This document shows, piece after piece, positions 38,253 through 43,691 of a DNA stretch of 43,691 bases. The notes under the pieces are model-generated. The model was not told the DNA's origin. It did no database searches and saw nothing but the letters and a program-made list of their open reading frames with translations. Position 1 is the stretch's first letter; every line of letters begins with the position of its first letter. The DNA lies in the NCBI GenBank assembly GCA_025060085.1, contig JANXCM010000002.1:1-43691 (forward strand). The letters are read 5' to 3'. The stretch comes from Patescibacteria group bacterium (GTDB taxonomy: Bacteria > Patescibacteriota > Minisyncoccia > UBA6257 > HR35). The translations under genes and the position numbers were made by a program.

Positions 38253-39886
38253 TGATAAATTCAGATATTAAGAATAAAATTTTAAAATCAATTAAAGGAG
38301 ATGTTTTAGAGAGCGGTTTAGAAAATTATTCTACTGACAAGAGTATTTTTAAAATTTTGCCTCAATTAGTAATTTATCCTCAAGACGAAGAAGATATTAA
38401 AAATTTGGTCAAAATAGCAAAGGAAAATAACTTCTATCTTACTCCTCGAGCAGCTGGTACAGATATGTCAGGAGGTTCTATTGGTGATTCTCTTCTTTTA
38501 GTTTTTACAAAATACTTTAATAAAATAATTGAAATTGATTCAGAAAGAAAATATGTTATTGCTCAGCCAGGAGTTTATTTTCGTGATTTAGAAAAAGAAC
38601 TTGATAAAGTTAATATCTTTTTACCTTCCTATCCGGCTTCAAAAGAAATTTGTGCTTTAGGTGGAATGATAGCTAATGATTCAGGTGGTGAAAAAACAAT
38701 CAAATATGGGAAAACACATGATTATGTTGAAGGTTTAAATGTTGTTTTAAGTGATGGTAATGAATATTATCTTGAAAAAATTGAAGGTAATGAGCTAAAT
38801 AATAAACTTAATCTTTCAGATTTTGAAGGTGAAATTTATAGAAAAACTTATAGCTTATTAAAAAATAATTTCGATTTAATTCAAAGATCTAGGCCTAAAG
38901 TTAGTAAAAATTCAGCGGGCTATAATATTTGGGATGCTTATGGTTATGAAAAAGGAAAAGAATTCTTAGATTTAACTAAATTATTTGTTGGTTCTCAAGG
39001 AACCTTGGGGATAATCACTAAAATAAAATTGAGATTAGTGGAAAAACCTCAATATAAAAAATTGGCTGTTATTTTTTTAAAAGATCTAAATCAAATTAAT
39101 ATTATTTTGGATGACTTATTAAAGCTTAAACCTGATAGTTTAGAAATTACTGATGATCATACTTTTAAAATATTTTTAAAATATGCTCGAGAAATGGCTG
39201 AAATTTTAGGTTTTAAAGGACTATTCTCTACTTTTAAACTTTTTTTGCCAGAAATCAAATTAATTCTTAAAAATGGAATTCCTAAGTTAATAATTTTGGT
39301 TGAATTTGAGGGAAAATCAGAAGAAGACATAAATAATAGTATTTTTCTCTTAAAAGAAATCATCTTAAATAAAAAAATTCCTTTAATAATTTGCCAAACC
39401 GAAACAGAAGAACAGAAATACTGGAAAATCAGAAGGGATACTTATAAACTTTTAAGAGAAAAAATCAAAGACAAGATTGCTGCACCTTTTGTTGATGATA
39501 TTATTGTTGATCCTCATTATTTATCTGAATTTTTACCTCAACTGATAAAAATTTTAGATAAATATCAACTTCTTTATACTATTTCAGGTCATTTGGGGGA
39601 TGGAAATTTACATATTATTCCTCTCTTAGATTTAAAAAAAGAGAGAGAAAAAATTTTTCCAGCAATGGAAGAAGTTTATGGTTTAACTTTAAAATATAAT
39701 GGTTCAATTACTGCTGAACACAACGACGGTCTAATTAGAGGGTGGTATTTAGAAAAAATGTATGGTAAAGAAATTTTCAATATTTTTTTGGAAATAAAAA
39801 AAATTTTTGATCCAGAAAATATTTTTAACAGATATAAAAAAGTTCAAGCGACCAGAGAGTATAGTTTTAAGCATTTACTTAGCTAA
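38252..39886 (+). CDS. FAD-linked oxidase/dehydrogenase (GlcD / D-lactate dehydrogenase family)
   Basis: PCMH-type FAD-binding domain (PRAAGTDMSGGSIG, GGMIANDSGG) and a C-terminal FAD-oxidase domain (GHLGDGNLH, SITAEHNDG). The start overlaps the ATP-cone stop (TAATG). Confidence 0.87.
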   Translation: MINSDIKNKILKSIKGDVLESGLENYSTDKSIFKILPQLVIYPQDEEDIKNLVKIAKENNFYLTPRAAGTDMSGGSIGDSLLLVFTKYFNKIIEIDSERKYVIAQPGVYFRDLEKELDKVNIFLPSYPASKEICALGGMIANDSGGEKTIKYGKTHDYVEGLNVVLSDGNEYYLEKIEGNELNNKLNLSDFEGEIYRKTYSLLKNNFDLIQRSRPKVSKNSAGYNIWDAYGYEKGKEFLDLTKLFVGSQGTLGIITKIKLRLVEKPQYKKLAVIFLKDLNQINIILDDLLKLKPDSLEITDDHTFKIFLKYAREMAEILGFKGLFSTFKLFLPEIKLILKNGIPKLIILVEFEGKSEEDINNSIFLLKEIILNKKIPLIICQTETEEQKYWKIRRDTYKLLREKIKDKIAAPFVDDIIVDPHYLSEFLPQLIKILDKYQLLYTISGHLGDGNLHIIPLLDLKKEREKIFPAMEEVYGLTLKYNGSITAEHNDGLIRGWYLEKMYGKEIFNIFLEIKKIFDPENIFNRYKKVQATREYSFKHLLS

Positions 39887-39923
39887 AAAATTTAATAGGA
39901 TAAATTCTGAAAAGATAAAAATT

Positions 39924-39932
39924 TGTTATAAT
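39924..39932 (+). promoter_or_regulatory. extended -10 element TGTTATAAT upstream of the tRNA-Gln pair
   Basis: The same 9-mer as at 2753-2761, about 100 nt before tRNA-Gln(CUG). Confidence 0.3.
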
Positions 39933-40032
39933 TAAGTTAAGAAAATAAAACTTTATTTAATTTAGAAAATAATTTAGAAAAAATTTTTTGATTGGTTAAA
40001 AAATTTGCGATTTGTTTTTTTCATTTTATTTC

Positions 40033-40103
40033 TTGCCGGGTCGTCTAATGGTAGGACACAAGGCTCTGGACCTTGGAATCTTGGTTCGAATCCAAGCCCG
40101 GCA
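40033..40103 (+). tRNA. tRNA-Gln (CUG)
   Basis: Hand-folded: TGCCGGG/CCCGGCA acceptor (U1-A72, G73 as in bacterial tRNA-Gln), anticodon arm CAAGG-CTCTGGA-CCTTG, T arm CTTGG-TTCGAAT-CCAAG. Confidence 0.85.
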
Positions 40104-40109
40104 GAAAAA

Positions 40110-40180
40110 ATGCGGGGTGGTGTAACGGTAGCACAGCGGCCTTTGGAGCCGTTAGTCTTGGTTCGAATCCAAGCCCCGCA
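40110..40180 (+). tRNA. tRNA-Gln (UUG)
   Basis: Hand-folded: TGCGGGG/CCCCGCA acceptor (U1-A72, G73), anticodon arm GCGGC-CTTTGGA-GCCGT, and the same T arm as its neighbour. It is followed by CCA (40181-40183), the only tRNA here with a templated CCA. Confidence 0.85.
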
Positions 40181-40358
40181 GCCAATTAATAATGAGTATA
40201 TTTATTTTTTTCAAAAGATATAAATAATCTCTATATAAAAAATTATTTAACTATCTTTCTTTTAATCCTTTTATTTTTTATTTATTTAAATCAAATTTAT
40301 ATTTTTTAATATTTTTTTTCAATTATTTTTTTAAAACTCTATTTTATTAGCTAAATTA

Positions 40359-40386
40359 TTGACAAAAAATTAAGTTGTGCTAAAAT
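40359..40386 (+). promoter_or_regulatory. near-consensus promoter TTGACA-N16-TGcTAAAAT
   Basis: TTGACA at 40359-40364, a 16-nt spacer ending in TG (40378-40379), TAAAAT at 40381-40386, and ATG at 40417. Confidence 0.6.
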
Positions 40387-40398
40387 TTTATTATTGGC

Positions 40399-40416
40399 AC
40401 TTTACTATAGTAAAGT
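40399..40416. promoter_or_regulatory. 18-bp perfect palindrome, candidate operator (or leader hairpin) abutting the start codon
   Basis: ACTTTACTA|TAGTAAAGT is exactly self-complementary. It lies between the -10 element and the ATG of the TrpR/YerC-like gene. Confidence 0.5.
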
Positions 40417-40737
40417 ATGAAAAATAAAAAGAATTTTTATCATTGGGTAAATAAAGAAATTGATGACCTTTTTAGTGTTATTTTGATGTTAGAAAATTTA
40501 GATGAAGCCCGAAGATTTTTTAGAGATTTATTAACTAAAAAAGAGATTATTGAATTTGCCAAAAGATGGAAAGCGGTTCAAATGTTAGCTCAAGGAATAA
40601 CCTATAAAGAAATAGAGAAAAAAACAAAAATGAGTTCAACAACCATCGCTCGGATTAATAGATGGTTAAGATCAGAGTATGGTGGTTATCGGCTTATTTT
40701 GAATAAGCTTAACAAATTCAAAGATAAGATTAATTAA
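40417..40737 (+). CDS. TrpR-like / YerC-YecD family helix-turn-helix protein
   Basis: About 100 aa. LLTKKEIIEFAKRWKAVQMLAQGITYKEIEKKTKMSSTTIARINRWL matches the Trp-repressor-fold YerC/YecD pattern. Confidence 0.75.
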   Translation: MKNKKNFYHWVNKEIDDLFSVILMLENLDEARRFFRDLLTKKEIIEFAKRWKAVQMLAQGITYKEIEKKTKMSSTTIARINRWLRSEYGGYRLILNKLNKFKDKIN

Positions 40738-40758
40738 ATTATTTTACTAAAAATAAAA

Positions 40759-41310
40759 ATGGCAGGAAGAAAAATTCAAATTGGAGTGGTAGGAGCAACT
40801 GCCGATCTTAAGTATTCTAAAAAATTGGTTAAATTAGCTGAAGAAATTGGATATTGGATTGCTAAGAAAAATGCTGTTCTAATTTTTGGAGCAGAAAAAG
40901 ATTATGATTCTTTATCTACCGCTGCTTGTCGTGGAGCTAAAAAAAATAATGGATTAACCGTTGGTATAACTTATGGTAAGGGATTAAATGTTTACGATAA
41001 TAAGAATGTTGATATAGTGATTGCTACAGGAATAGAAAGAGGAGGAGGAAGAGAATTTATTTTTATCCTTAGTTGTGATGCGGTTATTGGTATTAATGGG
41101 GGTTCGGGGACCTTAACAGAATTTGGTATTACTTATCAAGCTAATATTCCAATTGTTGTTTTAAAAAATAGTGGTGGATGGAGCGATAAATTAATAAATA
41201 CTTATCTGGATGAAAGAAAGAGAATAAAAATCGAATCTGCTAATTTACCTAAAGAAGCCGTTGAAAAAGCAATAAAATTAGCTCAAAGAAAAATTAAAAA
41301 AGAAAAATAA
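40759..41310 (+). CDS. LOG/TIGR00725-like (SLOG superfamily) Rossmann-fold nucleotide-binding protein
   Basis: IGVVGA..., AACRGAKKNNGLTVGI, GIERGGGRE, and GINGGSGTLTEF (the PGGxGTxxE-type motif). It starts 21 nt after the upstream gene. Confidence 0.7.
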   Translation: MAGRKIQIGVVGATADLKYSKKLVKLAEEIGYWIAKKNAVLIFGAEKDYDSLSTAACRGAKKNNGLTVGITYGKGLNVYDNKNVDIVIATGIERGGGREFIFILSCDAVIGINGGSGTLTEFGITYQANIPIVVLKNSGGWSDKLINTYLDERKRIKIESANLPKEAVEKAIKLAQRKIKKEK

Positions 41311-41414
41311 ACTTCATATTTAAATCAAAATTATTTCTCTAATAATGGGAAGAGATTGATTGTGATTAATTAAATTTTTAATTTTGATATTTTTCTAAAT
41401 TTTCACACTCAATC

Positions 41415-41435
41415 CCTTCTCATTTATTGAGAAGG
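41415..41435 (+). other. 8-bp hairpin at the left edge of the GC-richer island
   Basis: CCTTCTCA-tttat-TGAGAAGG. No U-tract follows, so it is not a classical terminator. Confidence 0.5.
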
Positions 41436-41446
41436 AAGCACACTAT

Positions 41447-41455
41447 AAGGAGGTG
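41447..41455 (+). promoter_or_regulatory. strong Shine-Dalgarno sequence AAGGAGGTG
   Basis: Perfect complement to a canonical anti-SD, placed 6 nt before GTG 41462. No comparable element precedes any resident intergenic start codon in the window. Confidence 0.6.
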
Positions 41456-41461
41456 AGAATT

Positions 41462-41557
41462 GTGTATATCGTTTCAGAAGACATTGTTATTTTGTTTAAA
41501 GAATGGGCAAAAAGAAACGGATTTCTTTTGCCCCTCGTTTATTTTTTGAAGCATTGA
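41462..41557 (+). other. 31-codon GTG-initiated frame overlapping the PRTase ATG out of frame (upstream ORF, or the displaced original N-terminus)
   Basis: VYIVSEDIVILFKEWAKRNGFLLPLVYFLKH, stop at 41555-41557. It overlaps the 41503 ORF by 55 nt. Confidence 0.4.
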
Positions 41558-42354
41558 GGAAAAAATTTGCGAGCTTCGTCTCGCAAATTTTTCCCAATTT
41601 TGTTTTCCTAAAAGAGGGAGACCTCTTGAGGGATCTCTCTTCTATACTAACTACTATCCAAAGAGAAGTTATAGTTTCTTTGGATAGAGTGTATACTCCT
41701 CTTCTTAAGGATGAGATAGGGGAAGTGTTTTATCTTGATGTTACCCGCCTCGTTAATGAAGTGGGTGAAAGTAGAGGTTATGGAGCTCGTTGGGGAACTC
41801 CGTCTATCGAGGAGCAAATAGAAAAATTACCTTCTCTTCTCAAGAAGGAGAGAAAAGATGTCGTTCTTGTTGACGATGTGATTTTTTCTGGTTCCCTAGT
41901 TGAAAGACTCGTAGGAGTTTTTTTAAATGAGGGAGTCAGAGTTGATTGCGTTGTTGCCGCCATCGGAATAGGTGGCGGCATTGAAAGAGTTAAAAGATTA
42001 GGGGTAAAAGTTCTTTGCGCACACACCTTTGACAGTGTTGTCGATCAAGTGTGCGAGAGGGATTTTTATCCCGGTACACCATTTTGTGGTCGCACTCTCG
42101 AAAGTGCAACTGAAAATATAGGTGTTCCTTATCTACTTCCTTGGGGGAAACCCCATAAGTGGGCTTCCATCCCGAGGGATAAGGAAAAGGAATTTTCCAT
42201 TTTTTGTATCGAGCAAACACTTAACTTGTTTGAGGCTATTGAAAAGGCCTCAGGTAGGGAAGTGTTATGCTCAGATTTAGAAAGGAGAACGATTGGTATG
42301 CTTCCCGAAGAAAGAGTAGTTGACTTTCTTCGGGCTAACCTGACGAGGTTGTGA
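41503..42354 (+). CDS. phosphoribosyltransferase-like protein (PRPP-binding motif), compositionally foreign
   Basis: KDVVLVDDVIFSGSLVERL is a type I PRTase PRPP loop. G+C is about 41% by hand count, against about 28% for the neighbours. The N-terminus is uncertain (see the upstream GTG frame). Confidence 0.7.
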   Translation: MGKKKRISFAPRLFFEALRKKFASFVSQIFPNFVFLKEGDLLRDLSSILTTIQREVIVSLDRVYTPLLKDEIGEVFYLDVTRLVNEVGESRGYGARWGTPSIEEQIEKLPSLLKKERKDVVLVDDVIFSGSLVERLVGVFLNEGVRVDCVVAAIGIGGGIERVKRLGVKVLCAHTFDSVVDQVCERDFYPGTPFCGRTLESATENIGVPYLLPWGKPHKWASIPRDKEKEFSIFCIEQTLNLFEAIEKASGREVLCSDLERRTIGMLPEERVVDFLRANLTRL

Positions 42355-42378
42355 ACCCGTCAAATTTTTAAATTTTTT

Positions 42379-42416
42379 GAGCCGATAAGTTTTCAACTGT
42401 CGGCTCTTTTTTATTT
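42379..42416 (+). terminator. rho-independent terminator
   Basis: GAGCCGA...TCGGCTC stem followed by TTTTTTATTT, 25 nt after the PRTase stop. Confidence 0.7.
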
Positions 42417-42514
42417 GAAAAAAATAAGATTAAAATTTTTCAGATTAAAATAATGTATAAATAGAATTTTTTATTTTTTTAAATTTAAAAATATGATATT
42501 ATGTTATTATTTTT

Positions 42515-43519
42515 ATGAAAACTATAGGTTTTTGTGGTTTGCCTAATAGTGGTAAATCGACACTTTTAAAACTATTAACTAAAACAGAAACATTAATTGC
42601 TAATTATCCTTTTACAACTATTTCTCCTAAATTAGCTAGAGGATTTTTTATTTCTAATAATTTACTTCAACTTCATTCTTTAACCAAAACTCCTGAAATT
42701 AGACCTGCTTATTTAAATTTTTTAGATGTTCCGGGTTTAATTAGAGGTTCACACAAAGGATTAGGATTAGGCAATGAATTTTTAAGCTATTTAAGACAAA
42801 GTGATATTATTTTAGAAATTATTCGCAATTTTAAAAGAGAAGATGTAATTCATAGCGAAGGCGAAGTAGATCCAGAAAGAGATATTTTGTTGATTGAAGA
42901 AGAAATATTACAGTCAGAAAAAAAAATTATTGAGGAAAATTTACAAAAAATTAAACGTCAACCAGCTAAAAAAGATTTAGCTGAAAAATTTATATTTATT
43001 CTAGATAATCTTCAGCCATTTAAAAGATTCCCCGAATTAAAAAAAGATTTAAAAGAATACAATCTTCTCCTTACTAAGGACTGGTTTTTAATCTTTAATG
43101 GTGATTTAAAAATAGATAAAAAAAATTTTGAAAATCTATGTTTTAAATCTATCTATCAATTAGACTTTCAATTTGAATTAGAACTTCAAGAAAATAGAGA
43201 GCTTCAAAAAGAATATCCATCTCAAGTTAATGATTTATTAAATCAGATTAAAAAAGATATTGATTTAATAGAATTTTTTACCTTTACAGATGAAATTACC
43301 CAATCTTGGTTAATAGAAAGGGATAACTATTTAATTAAATCAGCAGAACTAATTCACTCCGATTTTGCTAAAAAATTTAAATCTGCTGAGGTTATTAATA
43401 TTAAACAATTTTTGATTCATAAAAAAAATTGGTCTGAACTTAAAAACTTAGGTCTATTAAAGCAAGTAGGTAGAGATTATTGTATTGAAGAAGGTGATAT
43501 TATTAGAATTATTATTTAG
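42515..43519 (+). CDS. ychF: Obg-like ribosome-binding ATPase YchF
   Basis: GFCGLPNSGKSTL (G1), NYPFTTISP, DVPGLIRGSHKGLGLGNEFL (G3 and YchF signature), and a C-terminal TGS-like domain. Confidence 0.9.
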   Translation: MKTIGFCGLPNSGKSTLLKLLTKTETLIANYPFTTISPKLARGFFISNNLLQLHSLTKTPEIRPAYLNFLDVPGLIRGSHKGLGLGNEFLSYLRQSDIILEIIRNFKREDVIHSEGEVDPERDILLIEEEILQSEKKIIEENLQKIKRQPAKKDLAEKFIFILDNLQPFKRFPELKKDLKEYNLLLTKDWFLIFNGDLKIDKKNFENLCFKSIYQLDFQFELELQENRELQKEYPSQVNDLLNQIKKDIDLIEFFTFTDEITQSWLIERDNYLIKSAELIHSDFAKKFKSAEVINIKQFLIHKKNWSELKNLGLLKQVGRDYCIEEGDIIRIII

Positions 43520-43593
43520 TTAGTAAATTAATAATTTTTGATGAATAAACTTTGAAAATATTCAACTCAGTCTTACTAGCAATAATTTTTACT

Positions 43594-43691
43594 CTAAGGT
43601 TGATAATAAACATTTAGATTAATTTTTCTTACTATACCTAAATAATTTTTAGCTCTAAATTCAAATTTATTTATTCCTGGTTTTAAAATTG
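43594..43691 (-). CDS. 3' end of an unidentified minus-strand gene running out of the window
   Basis: The minus-strand frame is open from the window edge: ...ILKPGINKFEFRAKNYLGIVRKINLNVYYQP, stop at 43594-43596. It is too short to classify. Confidence 0.3.
   Translation of the reverse strand, partial: ILKPGINKFEFRAKNYLGIVRKINLNVYYQP

Noticed and set aside
40005-40223. 72-aa ORF on the plus strand.
   Set aside because: It reads straight through the two tRNA-Gln genes (40033-40103 and 40110-40180). It is an artefact of GC-rich tRNA sequence.
41371-42378. Possible direct repeats flanking the GC-richer island (aaatttttaa on both sides), considered as integration scars.
   Set aside because: A 10-nt A/T-only match is expected by chance in this composition. 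It is not evidence for site-specific insertion.

Overview
The window is very AT-rich, roughly 27-30% G+C by eye outside the RNA genes. It is densely packed and uses the standard genetic code: TGA ends gyrB and mreB. The content is mostly housekeeping genes from a small-genome bacterium. A Patescibacteria/CPR-like origin is my inference only; no search was possible.

Calls I am confident in, made from motifs:
- Replication, translation and protein processing: gyrB, hisS, lepB, pth, def-fmt, frr, rseP, proS, gatA, ychF, holB-like.
- Proteases: clpP, htrA.
- Cell shape: two mreB paralogs, one of them heading mreB-mreC-mreD-PBP2.
- Other: a polyprenyl-phosphate sugar transferase, a split transketolase, a GlcD-like FAD oxidase.
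- RNA genes: one 16S rRNA gene (minus strand, about 11645-13168) with no 23S, 5S or spacer tRNAs nearby, and six tRNA genes: Phe-GAA, Ala-UGC, Arg-UCU, Gly-GCC, Gln-CUG and Gln-UUG.

I saw no CRISPR array, transposase, integrase or phage genes.

Observations most worth a second look:
1. A three-gene nucleotide-centred cluster at 40359-42416. It has a TrpR/YerC-like regulator behind a consensus promoter and an 18-bp perfect palindrome, then a LOG/TIGR00725-like protein, then a PRPP-motif phosphoribosyltransferase-like gene. That last gene sits on a GC-richer, apparently foreign ~1 kb island with its own strong Shine-Dalgarno (SD) site, an out-of-frame upstream start and its own terminator.
2. 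The 16S 3' tail lacks the CCUCC anti-SD core, and resident genes lack SD motifs.
3. A PriA homolog keeps the PriA architecture but has no Walker A motif or DExH box.
4. Two paralogous type IV pilin genes bracket the unlinked 16S gene.
5. An unknown ORF separates the two transketolase halves.
6. A stand-alone ATP-cone protein is translationally coupled to the FAD oxidase.
7. Two genes have reading frames broken at homopolymer tracts.

All functional calls come from recognising motifs by eye. None has been checked against a database.
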